Notes: generated by a model not told the origin, from the letters alone. DNA of 39,699 bases from Dongiaceae bacterium (GCA_041482855.1 JBGPEQ010000001.1:1-39699); one strand, 5' to 3'; positions 7,538 to 15,735 are shown, counted from the first letter of the stretch. Numbers and translations: made by a program.

Positions 7538-7872
7538 TTGTCGGCCCCGGCGGCTTCCTTGTCGGCGCCGTTCTCCAGCGGCTTCGCATTCGGCCTATAC
7601 CCCGGCGGAAAATACATCACGACGTCGCCGGTGGCCATGTCGACAACCTCCGTGATGATCCGCATCGTTTCGGCATGGATGTGGACCTGATAGCGGCCCG
7701 CCATCTCCGCATTCTGACGCGCAGCAGCACGCGTCTCCGGCAAGGAGGGCGTGCTGAGGTGCGGCTCCGGCGTCGCCGGGCGCGGCTGGCTCTCGCCCGG
7801 GAGCGGCGGGCGGTGAATCTCACCGAAGGGGTTGGCGGCGGCCGATCCGACAGTATCGATGGCTTGGGTCAT
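7534..7872 (-). CDS. flaG: FlaG-family flagellar protein
   Basis: 112 aa. C-terminal YQVHIHAETMRIITEVVDMATGDVVMYFPPGY matches the FlaG signature (x-V-D-x-x-T-G-E/D-V-I-x-Q-I-P). 4-nt overlaps with both neighbours. Confidence 0.65.
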   Translation of the reverse strand: MTQAIDTVGSAAANPFGEIHRPPLPGESQPRPATPEPHLSTPSLPETRAAARQNAEMAGRYQVHIHAETMRIITEVVDMATGDVVMYFPPGYRPNAKPLENGADKEAAGADK

Positions 7873-8306
7873 GCGGTCCCCTGTAATACCTCTTTGTCAG
7901 GAAACGCCATCGCTGTCTCGGTGCGGCTCAGCAGCTTGGCCTCGTAGTCGAGTACGGGCCGCAATGCGGCCAGAGCCTTGTAGTAGTCGTGCATGCCGAC
8001 CCAATAGGCGCAGTCCGTGAGCGCCTTGAGGATCGGCGGAGACTTGAAGGTGCGCAGGAGCGCGGTCATCAGTTGCTCGAACGTGATCTGGTACGTTCCG
8101 GCTTCGTCGGGATTGAGCAGCATCAGCTGGACGATGAAGTAGACGCGGCTGGTCGGCGTGACCGCCTGCTCTTCCTGCATCACGTCGCGCTCGCGCAGGA
8201 TCGATGCGCGGTTGGCGAAGTAGATGACGTTGCGGGTGTTGCCGTTGTGAAGGACGGCGCCGTTGACGACCAGGCGCTCGCCCGGCTTAAGCTTGACCGC
8301 TAGCAT
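7869..8306 (-). CDS. flbT: Flagellin synthesis repressor FlbT
   Basis: 145 aa. N-terminus MLAVKLKPGERLVVNGAVLHNGNTRNVIYFANRASILRERDVM is the canonical FlbT start. Adjacent to flaF and flagellin. Confidence 0.88.
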   Translation of the reverse strand: MLAVKLKPGERLVVNGAVLHNGNTRNVIYFANRASILRERDVMQEEQAVTPTSRVYFIVQLMLLNPDEAGTYQITFEQLMTALLRTFKSPPILKALTDCAYWVGMHDYYKALAALRPVLDYEAKLLSRTETAMAFPDKEVLQGTA

Positions 8307-8733
8307 AGCGAACCTCCTGCCCGGCAGAAGCGGACTTGGCTGCGTTCGCGCGGGCCTGCATCAGGCCGGCGGCGATGGCGCGGTTGATATCGATGAGGAG
8401 ACTGAGCGTGGCGTGGCCGGCGACGACCCGTTGGCCGTGCCGCACGGAGGTCGCGGCGAGCGAGCCCAGGCGGCCCTTCAGATCGGCCGCCAAACCGTTG
8501 TCGGGATTGCAGAGGTCCTCGAGCAGAGTGAGCCACAACCGCGAATTCTGGTGGACGGCATCGCACAGGCGCACATGGCGCTGGGTGGCGAGAAGGGGCT
8601 GGGCGGAAAGGTCTTGCGTCGCATCGCTCTGCGCGCGCTCGAGCGCGCCGGTGACCTTCTGGAAAGCCATGATCTCCACCGTCAGCGGCGAGGCCGTGTG
8701 GAGTTGGGTGGTCTGGTAGGCAACGACACTCAT
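8287..8733 (-). CDS. flaF: Flagellin synthesis regulator FlaF
   Basis: 148 aa. FlaF-like core (AFQKVTGALERA..HVRLCDAVHQNSRLWLTLLEDLCNPDNGL). Its 3' end overlaps the flbT start by 20 nt (8287-8306). Confidence 0.85.
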   Translation of the reverse strand: MSVVAYQTTQLHTASPLTVEIMAFQKVTGALERAQSDATQDLSAQPLLATQRHVRLCDAVHQNSRLWLTLLEDLCNPDNGLAADLKGRLGSLAATSVRHGQRVVAGHATLSLLIDINRAIAAGLMQARANAAKSASAGQEVRYASGQA

Positions 8734-8855
8734 GATTTTAATCCCCGAGACTTCTTCTCAGTGGGCCAGGATGATGCGTATCGGGCACGCGAAAGGTCTG
8801 CCGTTGGTCAGCTCGCCTCTTTGCCCGCTTCGATCGTCCTCCTATTCGTGAAATC

Positions 8856-8880
8856 CCCGGGCGGCTACCGGCCACCCGGG
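8856..8880 (-). terminator. Candidate intrinsic terminator after the flagellin gene
   Basis: The minus strand reads CCCGGGTGGC-CGGTA-GCCGCCCGGG (10-bp stem with one G-U pair) followed by GATTTCAC. It lies 37 nt after the flagellin stop. A second small hairpin, CGCGTT-CGG-AACGCG, lies between them. The U-tract is weak. Confidence 0.4.
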
Positions 8881-8916
8881 AAATCTCATAGACCGCGTTC
8901 CGAACGCGACTTGCGT

Positions 8917-9735
8917 TTAGCGGAACAGGGTCAGGATGCTCTGCGGCGCCTGGTTGGCGATCGAGAGCGACTGCACGCCCAACTGCTGCTGGACCTGGAG
9001 AGCGCTCAGGCGAGCGGCCTCTTCCTGCATGTTGGCATCGACGAGGCTTCCCACGCCGACGGTCAAGGCGTCGGCGAGGGCCGTAACGAAATCGCTCTGG
9101 ATCTCCAGGCGGTTCTGCACGGAGCCGAACTGGGCCGCCGCGGCAGACGACGTGCTGATCGCCGTCTCGATGTCGGCGAGCGCAGTCGCGCCCGTGACGT
9201 CGAGGCCGGTGATGTTCAGGCCGGTGGCCGCCGTGGTGAGGTCAGAGCCGGTGACCGCGATGGTCTGCACGGTCAGGGTGCCGGAGCTGCGATCCATGGA
9301 CGCCAGCAGGTTGGCGCTGTCCGGAGTCGCTTTGATGAAGTTCGTGCCGTTGAACTCGGCGGCATTGGCAACGCTGTCGATCTGCGAGAGCAGTTGGTCG
9401 ACGTCGTCCTGGATCTTGGCGGTGTCGACGCCGGTGCCGTTCGCCTGAACGACCTTCTCCTTGATCTTGTTGAGCAGGTCGGTCACCGTCTCTGCGCCCG
9501 TGCGGGCCACGGAGATCGACGAGGTCGACAGGGCGAGGTTCTCGGAGATGGCCTTGAAGCCCGACACGTCGCCGCGCATCGCCGTGGCGATGGCCCACGA
9601 GGACGAATTGTCCTTCGCGTTCGCGACGCGCAGGCCGGTGCTGATCCGGTTCTGGGTGGTCGCGAGATTGCGGTTGGTGCTGTTGATGCTCTGCAGGGCC
9701 TGCATGGCCCCGACGTTCGTCAGAATTGAAGACAT
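8917..9735 (-). CDS. fliC: Flagellin (272 aa, short alphaproteobacterial type)
   Basis: N-terminal MSSILTNVGAMQALQSINSTNRNLATTQNRISTGLRV and C-terminal EEAARLSALQVQQQLGVQSLSIANQAPQSILTLFR flagellin D0/D1 blocks. GAGGGAGA Shine-Dalgarno. Confidence 0.95.
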   Translation of the reverse strand: MSSILTNVGAMQALQSINSTNRNLATTQNRISTGLRVANAKDNSSSWAIATAMRGDVSGFKAISENLALSTSSISVARTGAETVTDLLNKIKEKVVQANGTGVDTAKIQDDVDQLLSQIDSVANAAEFNGTNFIKATPDSANLLASMDRSSGTLTVQTIAVTGSDLTTAATGLNITGLDVTGATALADIETAISTSSAAAAQFGSVQNRLEIQSDFVTALADALTVGVGSLVDANMQEEAARLSALQVQQQLGVQSLSIANQAPQSILTLFR

Positions 9736-9846
9736 TTGAGTTTCTCCCTCAAGAGATAGAGCTGAACAGATGCGCCGTTGTGGCCCATCGCAAGTCGAAG
9801 CCGAGCTTTTCTCGGCGTCCGATAGGGGGATGATGGCAGCCGGGTC

Positions 9847-9861
9847 TTAACCGGCAGTTAA
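9847..9861. promoter_or_regulatory. CtrA-box-like site TTAACCGGCAGTTAA (TTAA-N7-TTAA)
   Basis: Exact TTAA-N7-TTAA. It lies 112 nt upstream of the flagellin start (minus strand) and 143 nt upstream of the plus-strand ORF at 10004. It shares the 9-mer TTAACCGGC with the sites at 33470-33484 and 26488-26503 (reverse strand). The identity of the binding protein is inferred. Confidence 0.4.
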
Positions 9862-10003
9862 AGCGGTGGGAAAGATTCAGCGAAGTCCGGTGCTTGCGAC
9901 GGCCGATGGTTAATTCGCTTTAGCCATTGTGCGGCCACGGCAGTGGTAAGGCTGACGGAAGGCGAGGGCGGTACAGTGGAGCCTGGCGAAGCGGGATGCC
10001 CCG

Positions 10004-10519
10004 GTGATCGACACGAGCCCTCAGATAACGCGGCAGATCGCCCATCAGGCGGTCGAGAACACGCACCATCTGGATACTTCGCGTGAGAAGGGCAGAACCC
10101 ACCTCGACGACCCGCCGCAGGATTTCACCCTCGACGACTTCCTCGACATCATCAATCCGCTCCAGCACCTGCCGATCGTCAGCGTGATCTACCGCGCGCT
10201 CACCGGCGACGAGATCAAACCGGGCATGCGCATCCTCGGCGACATTGCCTATGGCGGGCCCACCGGGTTCATGTCCTCTTGTGCGCAGGTCCTGTTCGAG
10301 GCGATCTTCGGTAACGACATCGGCGGCACCGCCATTTCCCTGCTCACAGGCGGCGACGATGACAAGAAGAGCGCGAAGATCGCGTCGGCGACCATCGACC
10401 CCTCCGCTCAGCTGGCGTCGACCGATCCGTCGGTGCCGGTGCCGGTGCTGGATCCGGCCCGGGCGGACGCTACGGCTGCATACGCCACCTTCACGAAGAA
10501 GGTCGGCACTAGCCGCTGA
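10004..10519 (+). CDS. Conserved-looking hypothetical protein (no family assigned)
   Basis: 171 aa with a GTG start as given by the track. High third-position GC. Distinctive block DFLDIINPLQHLPIVSVIYRALTGDEIKPGMRILGDIAYGGPTGF. Convergent with flgL, with an 18-nt gap. Confidence 0.55.
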   Translation: MIDTSPQITRQIAHQAVENTHHLDTSREKGRTHLDDPPQDFTLDDFLDIINPLQHLPIVSVIYRALTGDEIKPGMRILGDIAYGGPTGFMSSCAQVLFEAIFGNDIGGTAISLLTGGDDDKKSAKIASATIDPSAQLASTDPSVPVPVLDPARADATAAYATFTKKVGTSR

Positions 10520-10537
10520 CGATCGGCGCGGGCCGCG

Positions 10538-11584
10538 TTACAGAAACTTCGTGAGGCTCAGCTCGTTCATGCGGGCAGTGATGGAGAAGGTCGCCTCGAG
10601 CTGGGTCTGCAGCTGACTCAGGCGCAGCGACGTCTCGTATGGATCGGCCGCCTCGAGGTTGGCGACCTGATTGTTGAGCTGCGCGATCGTGGCATCGTGC
10701 CGTGTCGACGCGTCGGCCACCACCGACTGCTTGAAGCCAAGCTCGGCGGACACGTCGATCGCTCCTTGAAAGCCCGCGCTGATGTGCTTCACGGCTTCGT
10801 CCTGCCAGGCGGCGAAGGCGTCGTCGGGGACGGAGCCGTAGGGCACGCTGGCCAGCATGGACAGTCCCTGCTGCAGCTCGCGGAAGGCCGGATTGTCGGC
10901 GCGCACGCCATAGTCGATCTGGTAGCCGTTGTCGAGACGGGCGGTCACCGAGCCGGTGCTGGCGCCGTTGTAGAACGTCGCGGAGTAGTTCAGGTTCGGG
11001 TTGCTGTTGGTATCGTTGAACATCGAGCTGATGCCGTCCGGGCCGTTGGCCACGGCGAGCGCCGACGCCGCGTCGGTGATCGGGCCGAGATTGGCGATGA
11101 CCTGGCTGACCGCCTGCTGCGGTGACAATCCGCTCGTGGCATTGACGGCCGTGGTCGCCTGCATCGGCGCCAGGTTGGTCTGAATGCCGGAGAACAAGGT
11201 GCGGCCGGCGACCTCGGCGTTCAGGAACGAATTGATGCGATCGAGGGCAGTCGACGCCGCCTCCTGCAGATAGCGGCGCGAGACCGAATCCCGCGCGGTG
11301 AGCGCCGTGCTGCGCATCTGGTCGGCGATGTCGCGTACGCCGCCGAGCGCCGCCTGCATGGTATCCATGCGCGAGGCGACGATGTCGGTGGTGCCCTTGA
11401 ACTCGGTGACGTCGTTGAGGGCGTTGCGCAGATCGACGTCTTCGGCCGCGCGGTCGCGCAGCGCCGCCACCAGATCGGCCTTGCGGCCGGTGGATATCTC
11501 CTTCTGGGCGTCCATCAGCTGGCTCTGCAGCGAGCGGATGCTGCTGTTGAGCTGCAGGTGCGAGGCGAGGGTCGAGATATACAT
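10538..11584 (-). CDS. flgL: Hook-filament junction protein FlgL (HAP3)
   Basis: 348 aa. Flagellin-like termini (LQLNSSIRSLQSQLMDAQKEISTGRK ... LRLSQLQTQLEATFSITARMNELSLTKFL). AGGAGA Shine-Dalgarno. Follows flgK. Confidence 0.88.
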   Translation of the reverse strand: MYISTLASHLQLNSSIRSLQSQLMDAQKEISTGRKADLVAALRDRAAEDVDLRNALNDVTEFKGTTDIVASRMDTMQAALGGVRDIADQMRSTALTARDSVSRRYLQEAASTALDRINSFLNAEVAGRTLFSGIQTNLAPMQATTAVNATSGLSPQQAVSQVIANLGPITDAASALAVANGPDGISSMFNDTNSNPNLNYSATFYNGASTGSVTARLDNGYQIDYGVRADNPAFRELQQGLSMLASVPYGSVPDDAFAAWQDEAVKHISAGFQGAIDVSAELGFKQSVVADASTRHDATIAQLNNQVANLEAADPYETSLRLSQLQTQLEATFSITARMNELSLTKFL

Positions 11585-11597
11585 CGGTCGTCTCTCC

Positions 11598-13073
11598 TCA
11601 GAGTTCCAAGAGCTTGTCCATCATGTCGCGCACGGCCTGGATGACCTTGGCCGAGGCGTTGTAGGTCTGCTCGAACAGCAGCATCTTCTGCATCTCGTCG
11701 TCGATGTTGACGCCCTCGAGGTTGATGCGCTGGGTGCTCAGCGTGTTCGTGATCGAGCCCTGATAGGTGGCGCGGTCCTGGAACGCGGCCCGCTGGTTGT
11801 CCTGGTAGCCGACGAATTCCGTGGCGTAGCTGCCGACGCGCGCGCTCGTGGATAGACCGGCGCCGGCGTTGTAGTTGACGGCCTCGTCGAAGACGCCGAG
11901 GAACGCGCGCACCTGGATGGCATCGCCGGGCGCGCCGGGTGCCGCGGCCTGAATGCCGTCGCGGATGCGCCACAGGCTGCCGCCTTGATCGGGGTCGACG
12001 AGGGCGTTCACGGCGATGCGCTCGGAGAGGCCGGTGACCTGCGCCGGATCGGTGCGGTCATGGAAGGTGCCGTTATCGGTGAACAATCCGCTCTGGCCGG
12101 CGCCGACCGTGGCGTCCGCGCGCTGGAAGCCGTCGGCCAGCGTGCTGGCGATCTCGTCGAGTTGGGTCTGGGCCTGCGGCAGAATGGTGTCGCGTAGCGC
12201 GAAGTTGCCGGCCAGGCGGCCGCTGCGGATGGCGCTGGGGTAGCCGCTGCCGGGCGAGATATCGAGGCCGTTCACGGTGACGCCGCTCAAGGGCCCGGCC
12301 CCGGCATTGTAGGCGGACGCCGCCCCGATCGTGGTCGTGGTCGAGAACGACAGATGGTTGACCTTGGCGCCGTCGAGCAGGGTCGTCCCGCCCTGGGTCA
12401 GCACCATGATCTGGCCGTCGCCGCGCGTCAGCGAAGTGATGCCGAGCTCGTTCGACAGCGAATCCAGCAGCTTGTCGCGCTGGTCCAGGAGGTCGGTTAC
12501 GTCGCGGCCGCTGCCGCCGACCACACTCAGCTGCTTGTTGATGTTGGCGAGGTCGTCGAGCGACTGGTTGATGCTGTCGACGCTGTCGGAGATTCCCTGG
12601 TCGGCCGCCTTGCGCTGTTCGCCGACCGCGCTGGCGAGCTGGTTCAGCGAGCGCGCCACGCCCTGGGCGGCGCCGACCACCGAGTGCTGGATGACGGCGT
12701 TCTCCGGGCTCTCGCCCAGGCTCTGGAACGCCTGGCTCAGCTTGGCGATCTGGCTGGAGAGGCTGCGCTCCTCGTCGGGCTGCCCGATCGCCGTGGTGAA
12801 GGAAGCCAGCCCGTCGGCCTTGGTCTGCAGCTCGGCCGAGAGTCCGCTCTCGCGGCGCACGTCCTGTTGCAGCATCGTGTCGACCTTGCGGACGATGCTC
12901 GCCACCATGACGCCGCGGCCCTCGCCCTGGAGCGTCTGGGCGGCGAGCTCGGCATCCTTGCGGGTGTAGCCGGGGGTCGCGGCGTTGGCGATATTGCGCG
13001 AGGTTAGCGCCGTCTGCCGCTGAGCGGTGATCAGGCCCGAGAGGGCGGCGTCGAGAGCGAGGCTGAGCGACAT
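11598..13073 (-). CDS. flgK: Hook-associated protein FlgK (HAP1)
   Basis: 491 aa. N-terminus MSLSLALDAALSGLITAQRQTALTSRNIANAATPGYTRK. C-terminus EMQKMLLFEQTYNASAKVIQAVRDMMDKLLEL. Confidence 0.92.
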   Translation of the reverse strand: MSLSLALDAALSGLITAQRQTALTSRNIANAATPGYTRKDAELAAQTLQGEGRGVMVASIVRKVDTMLQQDVRRESGLSAELQTKADGLASFTTAIGQPDEERSLSSQIAKLSQAFQSLGESPENAVIQHSVVGAAQGVARSLNQLASAVGEQRKAADQGISDSVDSINQSLDDLANINKQLSVVGGSGRDVTDLLDQRDKLLDSLSNELGITSLTRGDGQIMVLTQGGTTLLDGAKVNHLSFSTTTTIGAASAYNAGAGPLSGVTVNGLDISPGSGYPSAIRSGRLAGNFALRDTILPQAQTQLDEIASTLADGFQRADATVGAGQSGLFTDNGTFHDRTDPAQVTGLSERIAVNALVDPDQGGSLWRIRDGIQAAAPGAPGDAIQVRAFLGVFDEAVNYNAGAGLSTSARVGSYATEFVGYQDNQRAAFQDRATYQGSITNTLSTQRINLEGVNIDDEMQKMLLFEQTYNASAKVIQAVRDMMDKLLEL

Positions 13074-13096
13074 GACGGGCTACCTCACGGAATCGC

Positions 13097-14383
13097 CTAG
13101 CGTTTGAGCTGCGTGAGCTCGGACAGCATTTCGTCCGCCGTCTGGATCACTTTGGCGTTGGTGCTGTAGGTGCGCTGCGTCTCGATCATGCTCGTGAGCT
13201 CCTGCGCGATGTCGACGTTGGAGCGCTCCAGCGAGGTGCCGGCCGTCTTGCCGGCCGGGCCCACGCCGGCGTCCCACAGATAGAGGCTGCCGCTATCCCG
13301 GCTCTGGTCGAAGGCCGTACCGTCACGCGCCGACAGGCCGTTGGGGTTCTGCACGATCGCAATCGGGATCTGGTAGATCGGCCGCCGCACGCCGTTGTTG
13401 AAGATGGCGGTAATGATGCCATCGTCACTCACCTCGACGCGGTTGACGACGCCGAACAACGCGCCGTTCTTGTTGATCTTGGTCGGCACGTATTCGCCGG
13501 CGAACTGGGTGACGCCGCTGGGATCGTTGACGTCGCCGATGTCGAGATTCATCGCCTGCAGGCCGCCGTTTACCGACAGCGGCAGCTGGCCGCCGGCGAT
13601 GCCGGGGATCGCGGACGGCGAGCCGGCATCGGGGCCGGTGTCGTTGAAGGAAACGATCTGGTCGTAGATCGCCGTCGTGCCGCCGCCGGTCCCGCTGTCG
13701 AAGATCTTGAGGTTCCAATCGTTGGCGATGCCATCGGACGACGGCGTCCACTGCAGCGTCAGCGTGTTGGAGTTGCCGAGCTCGGTGAAATACTCGATAT
13801 CCGTGCTGATCGGCGCGCCCGGCGTGCCATTGGCGAGCTGGGCCGGCAGGTTGCCGGCAAATGTCACTGCGGTCGTCGGCGCGCCCGTGAAGTTGATGCC
13901 GGCGATGTTGACCGGCTCGACGCTGGAGAGCGCGTCGCGCGCCGGGCTGGGATTGACCGTGGTGCCGTCCGGGTTGAGCGCAAAGCCCATCAGGTAGTAG
14001 CCGGCGGCGTTGCGCAGAAAGCCCTGATCGTCGGGCGTGAAGCTGCCGGCGCGCGTGAGCGCGGTGAGGTCCTGCTGCGGGTTGGCGTTCTGGGTATCCG
14101 AGACGACGAAGAAGCCGTCGCCGTTGATGGCGATGTCCGTGCTCGAGCTGGTCGCCTGCAAGAGACCCTGGACGTCGACCTGCCGGCGGACGTTGCCGGC
14201 CACGCCGCCGGCCGCATAGGACCGCCGGGAGACCTGCTCGGTCACCAGGCTGGAGAACTCCACGTCCACCCGCTTGTAGCCGGTGGTGCTGGAGTTCGCG
14301 ATGTTGTCGGAAATGGCGCCCAGCTTCGTGCTCTGGGCTCCGAGGCCGGAAACGGCCGAATACATTGCGCCGAGAATGCTCAT
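13097..14383 (-). CDS. flgE: Flagellar hook protein FlgE
   Basis: 428 aa. N-terminus MSILGAMYSAVSGLGAQSTKLGAISDNIANSSTTGYKR. C-terminus NVDIAQELTSMIETQRTYSTNAKVIQTADEMLSELTQL. GAAGGAGAG Shine-Dalgarno. Confidence 0.93.
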   Translation of the reverse strand: MSILGAMYSAVSGLGAQSTKLGAISDNIANSSTTGYKRVDVEFSSLVTEQVSRRSYAAGGVAGNVRRQVDVQGLLQATSSSTDIAINGDGFFVVSDTQNANPQQDLTALTRAGSFTPDDQGFLRNAAGYYLMGFALNPDGTTVNPSPARDALSSVEPVNIAGINFTGAPTTAVTFAGNLPAQLANGTPGAPISTDIEYFTELGNSNTLTLQWTPSSDGIANDWNLKIFDSGTGGGTTAIYDQIVSFNDTGPDAGSPSAIPGIAGGQLPLSVNGGLQAMNLDIGDVNDPSGVTQFAGEYVPTKINKNGALFGVVNRVEVSDDGIITAIFNNGVRRPIYQIPIAIVQNPNGLSARDGTAFDQSRDSGSLYLWDAGVGPAGKTAGTSLERSNVDIAQELTSMIETQRTYSTNAKVIQTADEMLSELTQLKR

Positions 14384-14426
14384 TGCTTCTCTCCTTCTAT
14401 CGCTGCGTCGCTATGCCGCACGGGGA

Positions 14427-15191
14427 TCAGGCGGCGGACTTGACGGAAACGGCCTCGTCGACGGTCTGCGCTTCATAGGCAACCACGACGAAACGGCCCT
14501 CCTGACGCACGCGTTCGGGATCGGTGAAGCGATAGCCCTGGCCGGGGAAGGTCTGAATATAGTCCTCGCCGCCGGAGAAGGCGCGGAGCTTCTTGCGCAC
14601 CTTGCACATCATGACGTCGACGGTCTTCTCGTCGACCTGGCTGCTGTTGTAGCCGTAGATGTAGTTGTAGATGAAGCGGCGGTTGACGATGCGGCCCTGC
14701 CGCAGCACCAGGCACTCCAGCAGCTCGCGCTCGCGGCGGCTGACCTTCACGGTCTTGCCGCTGATCGAGGGCATGCGGCCGTCGAAGAAGTAGGTGAAAT
14801 TTCCCACCGCGTGCGACAGGCTGACATGGCCGTTGATGCGGCGGGCGATGCCGCGCAGGCGCGCTGCCATCTCCGCCATGTTCACCGGCTTGGCCAGCAC
14901 GTCGTCGGCGCCGGCATTGATCAGCTCGACCGCCTGCGTGGAATTGCGGAACGACTGCAGCACCAGCACGGGCACGCCGATGCGGCGGTGGCGCAGCGCC
15001 TCGATGAAGCGGACCACGTCGATCTTGCTGTGGGGAACGGTGATGACGACCGCTTCGCAACCCTGGGCCGTCGCTTCGATGAGGTCGTCCATCTCGTAGT
15101 CGACCGCATCGCAGGCAACGCCATTCCGAATGAGTCCGGCCTTCAGTGCTTCGGCCGCCACAATCTCTTCGTCTATCAATACGACTCGCAT
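14427..15191 (-). CDS. ftcR: OmpR-type winged-helix regulator with degenerate receiver domain (FtcR/Rem/LafR-like flagellar master regulator)
   Basis: 254 aa. Receiver-like N-terminus (MRVVLIDEE..VPVLVLQS..VLAKPV) plus Trans_reg_C (LSRRERELLECLVLRQGRIVNRRFIYNYIYG..DEKTVDVMMCKVRKKL..IQTFPGQGYRF). Sits directly upstream of flgE. Aligned to CheY by hand, the phospho-acceptor position (FVISDWNMP) reads AVVITVPHS, i.e. Thr rather than Asp. Confidence 0.7.
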   Translation of the reverse strand: MRVVLIDEEIVAAEALKAGLIRNGVACDAVDYEMDDLIEATAQGCEAVVITVPHSKIDVVRFIEALRHRRIGVPVLVLQSFRNSTQAVELINAGADDVLAKPVNMAEMAARLRGIARRINGHVSLSHAVGNFTYFFDGRMPSISGKTVKVSRRERELLECLVLRQGRIVNRRFIYNYIYGYNSSQVDEKTVDVMMCKVRKKLRAFSGGEDYIQTFPGQGYRFTDPERVRQEGRFVVVAYEAQTVDEAVSVKSAA

Positions 15192-15527
15192 GAAATGATT
15201 CCCTCTTGTTTTTTTGCTCCCGCGTCGCCCCAGGCGATCTTTGTCGCCGCCGGCCGGCGCGTGAGCGTTGTCAAGTTCGAATCGATAGACGCCCTTTTGG
15301 CATCGCGCTCATGTGAACCTAGGCGGCCCGAATTAATGAGTCCTAAAGCGCAAAACAAGGAAAAATCCCCAGACAAATCAAAGACTAAAGCTGGAAGAAA
15401 CCGCCGCGAAACGGATTCGAATGCGGCGTTTGTTTGCCATAACTGCGCGCCGTAAGCGTCGAAAACACGGCGCGCATATCTCTAAAATTCACCATGAATC
15501 GGCGGCGGTTTTGGGTGGATCGACAGC

Positions 15528-15658
15528 GTGCGTCCTTCGCGACGCGCGCTGCGCGCGCTCCTCAGGATGAGGACGACCTATTCATGCCATAAAGACTCCT
15601 CCTCATCCTGAGGAGGCCGCGAAGCGGCCGTCTCGAAGGGCGCAGGACGGTCATGCAG
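15528..15658. repeat. REP-like palindromic element, imperfect second copy
   Basis: A perfect 15-bp core inverted repeat, TCCTCAGGATGAGGA (15569-15583) and TCCTCATCCTGAGGA (15610-15624), surrounds a 26-nt AT-rich loop. The outer arms are imperfect: GTGCGTCCTTCG.. on the left and ..CGAAGGGCGCAGGAC on the right. Same family as 966-1056. Confidence 0.75.
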
Positions 15659-15735
15659 CGCAGCACCTAGGCGTTACGTCCATTTAATGCCGCACCCTTA
15701 CAGTCCGGCCCGACGATGAGGCACCGTCCCAAGAG

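Noticed and set aside
6678-7589. 303-aa minus-strand ORF longer than the DUF1217 ORF
   Set aside because: It is a different frame with an Arg/Pro/Gly-rich translation. The 6713..7537 frame has the DUF1217 signature and couples by 4 nt to flaG.
8263-9729. 488-aa plus-strand ORF covering flaF and the flagellin gene on the opposite strand
   Set aside because: Its translation is a Gly/Arg/Asp/Ala-rich string with no motifs. It mirrors two strongly recognisable minus-strand genes, and long antisense ORFs are expected in high-GC DNA.
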